Assembly: GCA_964629685.1 (NCBI GenBank)
Contig: CAZVTT010000003.1
Location: forward strand, 86,038 to 150,037
Length of the DNA: 64,000 bases
DNA from: an uncultured Gammaproteobacteria bacterium
GTDB taxonomy: Bacteria > Patescibacteriota > Microgenomatia > UBA10105 > UBA927
Direction of reading: 5' to 3'
Shown here: positions 23,701-38,700 of the stretch, one piece after another
Numbering within the stretch: the first letter of the stretch is position 1
How the letters are laid out: the number at the start of each line of letters is the position of its first letter
Made by a program: the position numbers and the translations under genes
Notes under the pieces: model-generated
What the model was told of the DNA's origin: nothing
The model's input: the letters and a program-made list of their open reading frames with translations, nothing else
Database searches by the model: none

Positions 23701-26700
23701 ACGATATGCATACCCCTGTAACATAGTCCTGACCGATTCCATCATGCCGTCTCGGGTTATAAATTCTGCCAATTCCGCATTAGACGTAACACCATACGTA
23801 TGCAAAGTACGATAGATCACATAGTTAAGGTGCTCACAACCCGTTGAAGCACAAACGCGTAATAATTCTTCGTCGGAAAGATAATTGGTAATTTCCAGCA
23901 TCTGCGGTACTATATCTCCGCCTTTTTGCGCTTCCTGACCAAGCGTATCTATTACCTCTTGCAGTTCATTTGCCGTTAATTGTTCTGTACGACCTGCCCG
24001 TTGCTCCAGTTTAGTTTTCAGCTCAGATACACTCGCGGCAGGATGCAATTGTACGTCGGGATCCATGGGTAACAGTGCTAAGGTGTCATACGCGCGTGAT
24101 TGTGGATTAAAAGGTTCATCTTTAGCTGATTTAACGAAGTTATTGGCAAAGAATGTATATATTTCTTGCTCAATTACCGCTCTATTTGCCTGCTGCATGG
24201 TTTGCGCGTAGCCTTTAGTAAGTTGATCCACTGCAGCATCATATGAAGTCTGATTTATTCCCGCAGTATTCCGGTAAAATGCCAGTACGGAACCTGCCCG
24301 ATTCGCTGCTGTTTCAGACTCTGGGAACAACTGACCGAATACACTATCACGAAGCGCTGTATAGTAATCCCAATATTCCTGAGAAACGATTGTACTTACA
24401 ATATTCTCGGCTTCATCCCAGGAAACATTCCCCTGTTGTACTTCCAGGGCTACCATTAATAGCGTCGCCATTCCTTCGTTTCCTAAATCCCTAAGGTATG
24501 GACCATAAGCCCGTAACAAATCGTGAGAGGCTTCATGTGCCAGTATCCGGCGTAATAGCCTGGAGCGTTCCTCAGCAGTAAGTTCCGCATCAGCCCCGAA
24601 TATACTGGCGCGAACAACATAAACACCGGTGGCTTCATCATAGAATGCTGGGACTGCCTGACCCGGAAACTTTGTATCTATATACTGGTCATCAGCGACG
24701 ATTATCGGATAATGGGTGGGATTTATTTCTGACTGGGGTAAACGGATTTGTGCAATTGCGAGGGTATCCACTAAATTCTTCATCGAACCGACCAGCTCGC
24801 CCCGTTTGTGCAGCACTTGTAATGCGAACCATTTGTTTATGGCTTCCTGACTGGCATTGGTGAGTACACCGTTTTCGAGTGTGAGCGGATATTGTGTCGG
24901 ATTATCAAGATGCATGAGGTAATACCCTTTTACTAATCCGTAATTCTGATAGAACGGATCGGAATGGAACTGTTGCAGTACTTCTTCCCTGCCACTCTCA
25001 CCAGTTATTCTGGCTGTTTCCTGTAACTGATCAACCACAGCAGGTGCCCATTCCGGTACCACATGCGCCACGGCATCCATAGCGGTATCGGCAAATACGA
25101 CCACCGGTGCCCGCTGCACCGTATTACTAATCTGCTCACGTAAACTCAACGGACGGGATGAGCCGGGAGGATTGTTATCCGTTTGAGAATCTTCCTCACT
25201 TGGTGGTCGAACCGGATTACTCCTATTTCTTCTCCGCTCTTCTATAACTTGGGCACGTTGAATTTGTTTCGCTAATATCGCTTTTAAGCGTTCACTGAAT
25301 TCAAGTAATTCATCTTTACCGGTAAACGGAACCCGGAAACTGCGAGAACCACCCTCAACACTCGTAGTAACTTCTACACCTGCATCACGGAGTAAATTAA
25401 CCAAGAACGTTGTATCTGTTGATCCGCCGACGGATTGCGGCAACGGTCCTGTTGTAATCCATGTCATTACTTCATCCACATCCGAAAGCATCCCTTTTAA
25501 CGCGAGGATGACATTGCCAATATCAGCTTTTTCATCAGTAATACCATACACATTATTAAATCCGAAATGTAACTGGATTACTGAACCGTTTGGCGTAACA
25601 GCTCTAATGGCTGTAACCCCATTCTGAGCCACAAATCGTGATTCTGTATTCGTAGGCCTTTGCTGCCGTAATTGAAGCATAAAATCCTGACTCTCTTTGC
25701 TCACTTCTTCAACAGCCGCTGCTACTTCATACCAGACCCCACTAATCCGTGACCTGATTTCACCTACGGCAGCAGTAAGCTCATATTGCAGTTGTTCCCG
25801 TTGTATTTGAACTATATCAAACGGTGTTTCATCACCAACCGGAAGTTTTTCTACCAACTGTTGCATGAAGTACAGAGCTTCAACAAGTTGCTGCACTTCC
25901 GTTTCACTTACTTCTGCAGGAAGTGGAAATTCATCAAAATTATTCGCTACTTCAATTGCGGTTTGAATTGATCCAAGTGCTGATTCAATAAACGATGGTT
26001 TCGGTTCAATAATGGCCCTTGCTGTATTTACCTGAGCTATTAATGCTTTTTGAATCCGTTGGTTTGGCATCTGATGCTGATAGGCAACAGCGGCGGCTTT
26101 GGCTATCGCTTTTTTCGCTGATGCTAAATCTGGAGCACTTAACGCTTCATCTATAGCCGCGTTCACCTCTTTCACCGCTTTGCCACAGTCTGTGCAGGTT
26201 TGCCCGGCACTCGCTACCGTTATCGTACCAACTTGTGTAACATCCAATACATCCGTAACCACCGTGTCAGTTTTCTCTACGGATAATGCAGGAGATTGGA
26301 GTAATTGTCGTAAGACGGCTATATCAATTTCCCTTGGAGCATCGTCAGAAATGGTTGCTATCAATTGCTCGACTGCAATCTCTGCAACAGTATCTGAAGT
26401 GTCTGTTTGTACCGTAGCGGAAACCGGCTGAGTTTCACCTGTCGGTGTAAGGTATCCGGGATCGTTGGCAGTCGGCTGATGATACGTAATCGATGGACCA
26501 GACAATCTGCGGACTTCAGGGTCATTTCCGAGCAGAATTACATCGCCGTCATGCAATACTGTCGGCACCGTTATCCTGACACCATTTACCCAGGTGCCGA
26601 AACTCGAACCGGCATCCTCAATTGTTACCGTCGCACCGGTTATGGTTACCCGTGCATGTTGGGCACTACTGACCAAACCGGTACCGCTATTTTTACCGAT

Positions 26701-29700
26701 CAGCAGGTCATAATCCGCTTGTGACAGGATATTTTCACCCTCGCGCTGTCGCTGCAGCCGAATTGTCGTTTTTCCGTCCAGGCCCACTGCGTTTTCAGGT
26801 AATTCGACGGCTACCGGTATTGCTGCAGCACTCTCCGGGACCGGTACCGTTGCCGGAAGCAGCGGTAAAGACGGAGCCAGTCGGATACCCAAATTCTCGA
26901 GTACAAAACTCCCGAAGAGTGTCCGTAGACCCAATACGGTGCGGCGCGCTGCGGCAATAAAGTATGCGGTCGGATATGGCCGCGCGGCATCTTCACGGGC
27001 AACTGCTGCGCGGAGTGATTCCATATCAGCAATAAACACCCGGGAATCCGTCGCTTGGGCACCCACCGGTGCCGGCATATCCTGCAGCGCTGTTGCCGTT
27101 TGAATAGCCTTATCAATCGCAGCCAACATGCTGTCTTTATTTAACGTATCTTTGGTAATGGCAAACCGCACAACTTCAATTTGCGCTTGAACCGCCGTCC
27201 GCATCCGCGCATCCGCCCAGGTGTGGGTGGTAAATTGCAGTTCAGCATTCGTGAACGCAGCTACCGCCTCTGTTCTGTTTCCGGCAGCCAACTGATCTAA
27301 CGCCGTATCCAGCTGCCCCATAAGAGAAGGTACTTCCAGTTTACAAACCGAACATCCCGTTTCTCCCGCTAGTCTTCCCGCACGGTATGCCACCCGTTCA
27401 AAAAATGACTGCAGATAACGGATAAAGGAAACGCTACTGTTCCGGATAATCAATTGACGCTGAATTTCAGTTATACCATTTCCGATACTGTTCAACCCAT
27501 ATACGCTTAATCTGGGAAGTACCAAAACGACGTCAAATACATAATCTACCGCTGTCTTCGTTTGTTGATACACACCCTGCGCCATATTATCCGTGGCGAT
27601 TCCGCGGAAGGAATTCCACCGGGATGTAATACCGCCGAATAATCTGCGACTGATACCACCATCCGGAGCCTGAAGTTGTGCAGGGCTGAACACCCCACCC
27701 TGTGCTGCCAATGCCCCTGCCAGTAAACCGGCTTCGTTTACGGATTGTCTGGCGACCAGTTTGGCACCGTCTTCCCCAATAAGCCTGCGGGCTCTATCCG
27801 CAAGGGATTCCCTGCCGGTTATACGCAGCCAGGCACGCTGTACCACGTTCAGGTTGTCGGCATCCGCACCGATGTCCACATTGAAGACAAATTCACCGGT
27901 ATTTTTATCAAATACCACTGCTATTGTTACTTTCCTCGTATTCACCGTGTCAGCATGCGCACCACCAAAAACGACATCGTTTTCCTGAGGCAACAGCGAG
28001 AACATTACATCGGCATTATCTATCATTCTGGATTCGCCAACGTTAAATCCGTTCTTAGCCAGGAAGCGAATGGCCCAGCGCCATCCGCTTTGCGTCATAG
28101 ACTGAATCCGGAAATGGAAGCCTTCACCCTGACGCGCAGCCACCCGTTCACCGAGGGTAAATTGCCAGGCCCGCATAATCTGATCGGTAGACGTATTTCT
28201 TCCCATTAAGCCAAGAGATATTGCTAGATTATCGCCGTCATCGTAAACAGCTTCCAGGAAGTGGTAGAAGTCTACTCCCATAATCCGGGCTATCGCCCGC
28301 ACTATTAGTGTTTCTATCGTCAACCGACTTGCTTCAAATCGTAAATCTGCCAGCACCGCAATTTGTTCGTCACTCAGTTGCCCGATCTTTTCCGCAGACT
28401 CCAGGAATTCTGCTGTTACCGTTCCGCCGAATATGCGTAATAATTCCGGACTCTGATTAATCCGTACTGCCACATATTGCTTCCGCAATGCATCGACACG
28501 CGGTTTGAGTACGCCGTAAATTCCCGTACCGTCCAACGAGTCTACGCCCAACTCATTCACCAGTTGCGCGCGTACGACCGGATTTTGTGCCAGTCGTTCC
28601 AGATTCAGGCTGGTAGTAAAGTTTTTGATTTTTTGCTGCTGTGCTTCTTCCACGGTAACGGGATTATTCCGTTGATTCACGAACGGCGCAGCTTCCGTAT
28701 GAGCACGGATCGCTCCGGTAAGACTTCTGATAAATGGTGTGTATATTTTCGCGAGTGCCTTAGCTCCGTTTATGGTGGCGTGAGACCAGCCGGTAGATAT
28801 TTGTACCCCCAATAGTTGATCCGGAGCGTTCGTGTCAGCTTGAGTTCCGTAGAGTGTTTCGTCTTTCCCAAGTATGAAAGCAGCTTCCACATGATAACGG
28901 GCAATATTACCCCAGGTGGAAAGTCGTGGACCTTTCGCTTCAGAAAGCCTGGTTGTCCGGGTGCTAAATATTCCATCCAATACACTCAGCCGTTCTGTTA
29001 ATACCCGTGTTTGCGCATCTGTCCGTCGCGGATCATTGGCTGCCAAATCCGGATACACATCATCAACAGTTATCGGAGTTCCTACCAGACGACCGGAATT
29101 ACCTAATTGGCTTAATCGCTCAACTGTTGCTACATCGAGTGGAATTCCGTCATTTACCGCTCCCGTATTTGCTATTAACTGGCTGTACGCATATTTGTAT
29201 ATTAACGATTGCAGCCATTGCTCATCTATTGTCCCGTCGGACAGTACTATTGCATCGTTTAAACGGATGGAATACAACCGGGCAGAACCATCAGGATTCA
29301 TTATTACAAAGTCATAAATGTCTTTCTGATTATAGTCTTCCAGTATCATCCGCTTACCTTCCGGGTCTTTAGGATCAACGGTTCTTGCGGCGGTATATGT
29401 CGTAACCAACTGTTTGGTAATTACCTGGGATAATTGCTCCACCATGAATTCCGCTTTTTGGGTTTCCGAGGCACCTGCCGTCCTGCCTATTTCTACTTCC
29501 GTTCCATCCTGTCGTTCCCAACTCCGGAGAATATTCCGGACAGTCGGACTTACACGGGATAATTCCGCCAAAAGCTGGTTAATATTTTCCGGAGAGGTTT
29601 CGGTTACTGCTGCCTGAATCTGTGCAAACGTATTTGCCGCTGTCTGAAATACCGGAAGCAGTTGTGTTCCTTCTCTGGCGGCTACACCCCGTAAATTTTG

Positions 29701-32700
29701 CGGTACGATTGCCTGCAGTTGATTAAATAAATTGCGCAATTCCGGATTACTCTTATGCAGACGCTCCATAACTTCCAAGGCTTTATCGGGGTTTCTGCTT
29801 AAATAATCCAGGAGGAGTGATGTCACCCGTGCGGGATCCTTTTGAATAGTGGTGCGGTAATCATATTTTAACCACGTTATGTTCATATATGTTGCGGCAT
29901 CCGTCTGCAATATACGGTTAAGTACCCGGCCTACATTCTGTTTTATCCGATTAGCCCCGTCTACCAATATCGTTATCGGATTACCGACTTCCCTGGCCCA
30001 GGTTCCGCTTGCTGCTACTTGCCTGTATGACGCGACCCCTGCTTCTGCTCCGGCTTCCCGGGTAAGTCCGGCAGCTGACTGTGCCAGGAATATAGGCGTC
30101 AACGTCCCGTTGGAAATCCAGGACATAAGATTACGGATTGTTGAAGACGGCATCAGACTGCGGGCTTCATTGGTACGGGCGATGGTCTGATCAAGCTGTA
30201 ACAATACGCCGGTATTATGATCAATCAGTAATACTTTTTGCACCAAATTGAGCGGCACCCGGACAGGCGAAGTCAGCAATGATACGACAGTGGAAACTGC
30301 CTGGAACCATGCTCTCGGGGTGTATACTTTCGCCTGATCTTTGTCCGCAACCTTCCAATTTAGGCGGCCGTTTTCCATATACACCTTAATTCTGGTCGTA
30401 CCGATAGTAACCGTTGCCGGTCTGTTTACCACCACGAATTCCTGCGGCAGAACCGTTTCCGTTACGGTATTGGCGTCTATAGTATCGGCATCCACGTACG
30501 TCAGGGTAATTACGTTCGGACTGGTCGCACGGTTCGCGTCAGCCGGAACATTCCTGCCCGCAGGTGCCACATTAGAAAGTACGAAACTGGAATTGTCCAC
30601 CCGGGTTATCAGTGCATGGGAATCAGCCACACCTTCACCGGCCCGCACCCGTATACCGGCACTCCCGTTCGTACCGATTAACGTACCGGTATCGCGGGTT
30701 AAAGCACTCCGGATTGCGGCAAATACCCGCCCTACTCTCCCGCGTTCTGCCGTGATTTCTGCCGTGTCGGCAATAGGACTACTTACCCCATCCGTAGCCG
30801 GAGTAATACTACCGGGTCGTCGTAACAACGTCGGACGATCATCTTCATTATTCTGCAGGGCAATCCGGCGTGACAGTACTTGGCTCAGTATTTCATCATG
30901 CTTACCCGGTATAGTTAATATCGTTTGTAATGCAGTCTGATATATATCTGCTGCTTCATCCTTATGTGCAGGATCAATCCGCAGCAACAAAACTGCCTGC
31001 AGTTTACGATTCATGGCATCCGTTTCCCCTTCGCGAACGAGAGTTATGACTTCGTTCATCCGGGTCTGTAACTCTCCGGGAAGTACCGTCCGCGCCTGTA
31101 CCCGTTCCTTCTGTTGCCGGAAAGCCGTTTGCAGTCGGGTTACCAAACGCACCTGTAGTGTGGTGGCGACGCCCTTTTGCGCAGCTAACTGCTCAAGCAA
31201 CCTGTCTATTTCCCGCAACACGACATCGTATTGCTCCAATACCGTATCTATCTGGTCAGGTCGATCGTATGTAATCGTGACTTTATCCAAATCCCGAATC
31301 GTGTTTTCAAAATACCCATCAAAATCATAGAAGGTATACGTCTGATTTAATCGACCCTGCAATGTCCGCAGTAACGTAAGATATTGATCGGCAGTTACTT
31401 TCGCCTGCTGTGTGGGTAAAATATCGGAAGCCCGTTCTTCTTCCGATTTAGCTTCATATCGCGCGTCATCTATATCCTGTCGTAACGCTATGAGCACTAA
31501 TTCATAATTGGCTATTCCGTACTCCGTGCGGAGGGTATCCAGCAGTCTGGCCACCGCACCTGTCGGTCGGTTTAACGCGTCAGAGCTCGCTGCCGCAGTA
31601 ACCGGAGTTATCTTCAGTTCATTTGAGAGTTGGTTGTATAACCGTAATACCCCACGCTGATCGGCCGCGTTTGTTAACAAATCCGTAGCTGACTGAATAA
31701 TAAACGACCCGCTGCGCTGATCAATAAACCGGCTAAATACTCTTCCGAGTACTTCTCTGCGGAAATCAAACCAGGTATTTCTGGCCACTACCGCCAAACG
31801 CTGCTGTGTTGTAGCGGGTGTAACCAGCGTCGAATTATTCAGAATTGACTGCAATTCCTGCAGTTGCTGCGAAAGACGGATACGCTCACCTTCCAGCCGT
31901 TGCCGTTCTGCTTCCTGCGCCCGTTCGTCACCTTCCAGTACGCCAAGGATCGCGGAATCCAATAACTTTAACGCCGACTGATGTTTGGCAATAGCATCAG
32001 ATACATCCGCAGTATTTGGCGTTACCCGTGCCTGCTCTCCCTGGACTCTCGCCAATAAATCCATCTGAAACCATGCCTGTCGACTGCTGAATGCATGACC
32101 GTTTAACAATCGGCGCATTTGGGTAACCCACCGCTGCACGAATGGAGCTTGCGCCTGTGAATACAGTCCTTGCGCCCCCCGAATTTTGGTGAAGGCTTCT
32201 ATGGCATCGGTAATCCGGCGGTTCAATACGGAACATCGGGAACATTCCGTATCGTTTATTTGTGCCTGCGGTTGTCCGGCTCTACCGTTAACCGGTTGCA
32301 CCACAGCTTCCGCTTGTCCTTCTCCGATAAACATCACGGTAAAACTTATGTCATCACGGAATCTGCTGTTTGCCGGCAATTCCCCGCGTTTAATCTGATC
32401 CTGGTGGCGTGCACGTACTGCTGCGATAAGTTGGGCTTCCGCAATCTGAGGTGTCCGGGCGTTCGTCAAAATTCTGGCCAGAATCCGTTGTCCCAGCGCG
32501 GGATCCTGGCGGAAGTATTTCAAAAATCCATCCGATGTCAAGAGTACTCTGTCTCCCGATTTGGCTTTGTATGCCGATACTTTCCCGCCATAAAAACTAC
32601 TGCTGCCCAGATAATTCGGGTTTACCGGTGAAGCTGCCTGGTATTGCGGATCACGGGCATAAAACGCCAGCGGATTAAGTACGACGGGATCTATTTCTTT

Positions 32701-35700
32701 AAATGGTGTAGTTCCGCGCAGACGTTGGATCAGCCTACTAACTACGTTTGAGGCAGGCTGGACTGCGTACATTTCGGGATCACCGACCCGCGCTACCAGC
32801 AGACTTCCATCCGGCATTACGGTGGTACCGATTATGGTCGTAAACACCTGTTTATCCGGATCACTCCTTCTTCTTTCCGCTACAAACTGTACCATGGCAG
32901 CCTGCAGACGCACATCTATGGCGTTCTGCAAATAGGCTTGAGCTTCCTGTACGGTTGCCATGTTTCTGGCAAATTCCAGCTCGCGCAGTAAAAATTCTGC
33001 CGCAAATTGCGCACCGTCACGCAGACCGTTTTCGTTCGAACCGGACACGCCGTCTGCAACCACCATACTTTGTCCCTGCGTCAGCGCCACATCCTGTCCG
33101 AGCGGGGAGAATTTTGTATGCCCCGCTATAATCTGACCGTTTCCGACATTTCCACGGATAACCTTTTCTGTTTGCACCGGAGTTTCCGTCTGCGATACCC
33201 TGCTTATGGGAAGTATTCCCGTGTATTCTTTCGTATCCGCGGCGGAAATTTTCCCGTTGGCTATCGCATACAACGGTTTTCTGGTTCCCCGCTCCAATAA
33301 CCAGGCATTTCCACTCGTGGTACTTCCGGCGGTAAATACGTAATACGCATCACCTATTTGTATAGCATCACCATCCTGAAGATATGTCCGACCTCTGCCC
33401 TTTATATTTACGTCATTTACGAGTGTTCCGTTTGTCGAATTTGTATCTTCCAGATAGTATCCTTCACTATCAAAACCCAGCCTGGCGTGATCGCGGGATA
33501 CATTGGTATTGTTTATAACAATCCGCTCTCCGGTTCCGGCATTCCTGCCAAACGTAATGGCCCATGATCGATCAGCTGGTTGTTGCGGAACCACCCGGGC
33601 AACAGCTCCCTGAGCAGATATGCTATATTCCTGACTCCCGTTGGATTGTGTCAGTAGTACCTGTCCGTCTTCGTCATGGGAGAAAATAAGTATCGCGTCA
33701 TCACCAAACGAAATACTGTCACCGTCATGCAATACCCGTAACTGTCCGACTGCTAACGGATATCCGTTCACTGTAGTACGATTTGTCGCTCCGTCATCAA
33801 TAATACCGACACTGCCGTCAGCAGACTGAATTAACCGGGCATGAAGTCGTGATACGGTTGCACCCGGAACGGCAATATCCACCGTATTCCCGTCCTGCAA
33901 TCTCCCGATAGTACGTTCCCAGGTGGGACCTGCTTGTACCGGTGCCGCAATTTCTCCCAAGCTCAGTCCGGTAATAACTCTGCCGTTTACATCAAAAAGC
34001 TGCTGGATTCCTTCAGTATCCCGGCCGACAACCAATGTCACTTCACCCAACTGTACCTGATCACCTTCAGTAAGATTTTGCTGTGTTACTTTTGTACCGT
34101 TGATCAGCACGCCATTTAATGCACCGGAATCGCGTATGGCAATAACGTTTCCGGATGCATCACGGGAAATGTACGCATGTAATCGGGATACGGAGGCTCC
34201 GGCAATATTACCGTTCTGTTCACCCCGTCCGATTCCTTCCGTGGTCAATTCCTGTCCGAGAGCCACACGTGTACCGCTAAACACCGGTGCAGTCACCGGA
34301 ACCGGTGCACGGGATTGTGCTGTGCGTAGATCGAATATGGTCGTTGCATCATCAGCGATACTGCGCGAACGGGATACCACCGGTTGTTCCGTCCGTTGAT
34401 CCGCCGGCAATTCCGCCAGTGTATCTACCGCAATATCCGTTCTGGCTGTGCCGTACACTAATCCGATACTGGTAGTGGTGGCAATCACCCGGTAGCCGAC
34501 CGTTCCGACCATCAATTCATCACCAACCTGCAGCTCAACCGGAGTATTCCGTGGCGTGCGGTACGGCGTTCCGTTCCTGATAATGACACTACTTACGGGA
34601 TGACTGTCAGTAATAACTAAGCGATCATCATTACGTGACAATACCGTCTGCTCCTTTTCATTCGGACTGGCCTGCAGAACCAGAATTTCATTTTCACTCA
34701 ACGTGATTACGGATCTGTCTATTGTCGTCCGTTGAGCTAAAAAGCCGTTAAATGTATCTGGCGCGTCGTACACGTTCTGATCCAGACGGTTGTAAACCAA
34801 CCGTTGCTGTGAACTATCCAACTGATCAAACGGTATAAAATCTGCATCAACGGTATCAAACCCTTCATACAGCAATGCGGATGTCCGGTTGTTTCCGTCT
34901 ATGACCACAAATCTGCCGCTGTCGCGTTCATACGTTATCGTCACCGGTACGTCGGTTCTATAGGTATCATCACCATAAATTCCTGCCCGCGCCCGGAAGA
35001 ATGCATCTGCCCGCACGCCATCTTCGAGTGGGGTTAATTCCGAAATCGTGAAGCGATACCGTCCGGCAGTAAGAGTCTGAGCATTTGCACTGGTAACGGA
35101 ATTTACCTGCCGCGTCTGCGTTGAATTTACGGGTGATACCGCCGGATTACCCATTACAATTTGCAGCAATCCGTTTACATCGGTGGTCACATATACCACC
35201 GTTTGGTCAGATAATGCGTTTACTTCTCCGGCAATTGTGCCGAAGAATACCTGATCTCCTGATTGCAACGCGACAGGTGAACCATTGGTTACGGCAAGAA
35301 TTGTTCCGTCTGCCCGCCGGATAGATGTGCCGTACGAAGAACCTTTCCCGGAATTGCCCAGGTCGCGGACAAATATGGTATTACCCTCTCTGGTAAATGC
35401 TGCATGACGGCTGGATACCTTTGATCCGTAGACCGGTATATCGCCGCGTATTGCCGTCCGGTGATCCACCCGTCCTGCCACTACTTCTCCGCCGAGCCTA
35501 CCCTGACTCCCTGAAGGAATATAGATTCCGCGGGCCTGCTGACCGTTCTGTGTTTGTACCGGAATAAATGCGCCGGGAGTAGTATCTGCAATATAGCCCA
35601 CGACTCCTTCCTGGGTGTCGGCTGTCACATCTGTCGGCGCCAATAATTCGGTTGGTGCAGCGGCTATAACAGGTAATGGACTTGTCGGGCCATCCGCTTC

Positions 35701-38700
35701 CCTACGCATCTGATACACAATTTCATATGCTCTGCGCCGCAGTGCTTCGTTCACCGTAGCTCTGTTCCAGTTTGAAACGGACGGATATTGTGCAGTGTAC
35801 TGCCTGCGCAAATCCTCATATACCCGATCATATATCCGTTGTATGCGGGTAATAGCGCTGCCGCGGAATATTCGGCTTAACTGCGCGGAAGTAGGAATAT
35901 TTCCTTTTTCTGCGGCTACCACATCCGGGGATGAAAGTGCAGCCACATTCTTTTGTATTTCCGCCCGTTGAGCCGCAATCTGTACTCTGAAATATTCCTG
36001 CCGGATTAACGCGAATGCAATATCAAACCGTTGCGCGAGCGGAATTCTCTGAATAGTACTATTTGTTCTGTTATACCACTTGGTTCCGCTTGTGTAGACC
36101 AGGTAAGACGGAATACTGGACCAGTTCCCTTCAAATCCCTGCGGATTCGGATTTCGGTATACGAGGTAGTCCAGGCTGTAATCGTCTTTCACATACACTT
36201 TAACCGTTCCGGATTCCGGAGGTGTTCCCTGAGCAAGTCCTATCCGTTCTGCTAAGTACGCGGCTTTAGCCGTAACAAATGCATCCAGATCGGCAGTATC
36301 CAGCAGATTACCGATTAATGGCGTATACAACCTGCGCATTATTCCGGCGATAGCATCCTGTGTTACTGCCTGAGCCAGGGAAACTTGTTCGAGTACCGCT
36401 TCGTCATCCACTTTGGAATTTATTTCTATTAAACGAGTCACAAATTCGTTGGCTGCCATTCGGGAAACAATTTCCCTGACGCCGTTTGTCCTGTCTGCAT
36501 CCGACCAGATAGATGTGGCAAGTAACTCTTCTTCGACCTGACGTATCAGTTCGTTTGTATCCAGCACTGTTCCGTTAACCGCACCACGGATTACGGCATC
36601 TCCCACCCTACCGAACGCGGCCGACTGGACTTGTGTCGCCAATGCTGCCCGTTGTGTTCTGACTCTGGAATACATCTCCAACGCAACGGGAATTAATGCC
36701 TGGCGGGTTTCGGAAGCCAATGCCAGCCGTTCATCACGCGTCAGCAGTACTCCGCCGAGTCGGAACGCTCCGGATCGTACCCGCAGACTCCCCATCCAAT
36801 CTGTAACGGCAGATGCCACTGCGGCAGTATCGGTTGGACTTATATTCCGCGCAATCAGATACGCCATCAGGTTCCGTTGCATTTCCGGTGTTGTAACAGC
36901 AGCCGATATTGCCGCATCCCATTCGCGCCGTTGCGCTTCCCGCAGTGCATCGCGATGGAGCTCGCGGGCACGTGCGTTTACCGCTTTTCTCACTGCCGGT
37001 CTTCTTCTCAATGCAGGGTTCACCGTTCCCAGTAAATACTGTTCCGTCTCTTCCAGTTCAGAATATGAATCCAGTCGCAACTGATTCGTTGTGGCATTTG
37101 CCGGTATCGCCCGCAACGTACTCACCGTATCTTCAAATCTGTCCGCCGGCAACGTTACCGTTTGCAGTCGTGCTTCGGTCTGGCTTACATTCTCACCTGT
37201 TACGATTTCCGGAGCAGTTAATGCCGCAGGCTTTTCTGCCGTCGTCGTCTGATCTTCTCCTGCGGTAGTCGTGGTTACGGTAGTAGCTATCGTGGCAGCC
37301 GGACCTACTCTTCCCGCCCACGATCGTAATGCATCATAGAATAACAAAGTAGCCGTATATGGTATATTCCCACCGGGCACCGGCATTAAGAATGGATAAA
37401 CAAAACGAGTGAGCAGATATTTACCGCGATTTTGGGAGAATGAAACATTGAGTGTACCGCTGAATATACCGCTTTGTTGCGTACTGAATATATTTATCGC
37501 TCCCGCGAGTCGCTGCATCGGAGTAAGCGTCGGATTGGCTTTCAGGAAATCCCTGATTTCTGCAAATACCGGGAGTACGTCAGTACTTCCGCGTACCAGA
37601 ATGTCATAGGCGTCGACGGCAATGGTATAAAGTTTCAGTGGTGCATAAAACGGTGCGATTGGTCCCAGTAACTGACTTCCTGCCGGACCGAACTGTGCCA
37701 TGACCAGTTCCATCTGACCGACAATATCTTTAGGAAGTTGTCTGGTAACAAAGTACAACGGACTATATATATCCGGATTAATAAGTGCAAAAAGTCCGCC
37801 GCGTCGTTGGGTAAATGCCGCCAACGGACGTAAAAATTCCGGAACCCGTGCGAGTCTGGCTTCCGTCGTCAACTTAAGCTGTGCTTTTTCTGCTTCCGCT
37901 TCCTGCTTTTTCTGATTTTGATACAACGCGATTGCCGGATTTTGTACTGTCCGCAATCCCTGCCAGCCACGATTTAATTCGTAGGCGTATTCACCCGGAC
38001 GGGTTACGGCAAATCTGGCAAATCTGATTCCGTCATACACTAAGAAGTACGGATTCAGTATCCGGCTCCCTGCCCAGGTCAGTGTTTGTAGCGCTACGGC
38101 ACCGGTATTCAGTGGCCGCGGATTGCCGACGGCAAGTGGAGTTGCGTTAAAGACATAATTCACCAATCCGAAGAGTCCCCGTCCGCCTCGGGTATCGGTT
38201 CCGGCTCCTAAGCGCTGCAATATCCATCGCTGCAGCGCCGGCATGGCTTCAATTCGTGCTGCGATAGCGGCCTGTCGGGCAATTAACTCATCAACTTCAA
38301 TCTGCGCGGCAGATTTTGGAGCCGGCGGTTTTACCGGTTGATTGTCGGGTACAGGTGCTGCCACCTGATTTGCCTGGGGATCTGTCAGGTTTTCAAACGG
38401 TAAAATCGCCTGCACCTCCGCAGCAACTTCAGGAAGCGGATCGATCAACGGATCACCCGTTTGACTTATTCCTCCCACTGATTCCGGAGGAACTATGACA
38501 TCACTTTCAGCAACATCCGGTTGGGTTTGTGCGTCAGCTATTACCGCCCCCGCTTCTTCTACTGTGGTCTGAACCAATGTCGGTACTGTGGGAAGCTGCA
38601 CACCTCCGATTACTGTCGTAGCGGGTTGTGTACGCCCGGTAACCAGAGACAAAAATTGAAATAGTGCATTTTGTCTGGCCAGACGCTGCGCTGGCGTTAA

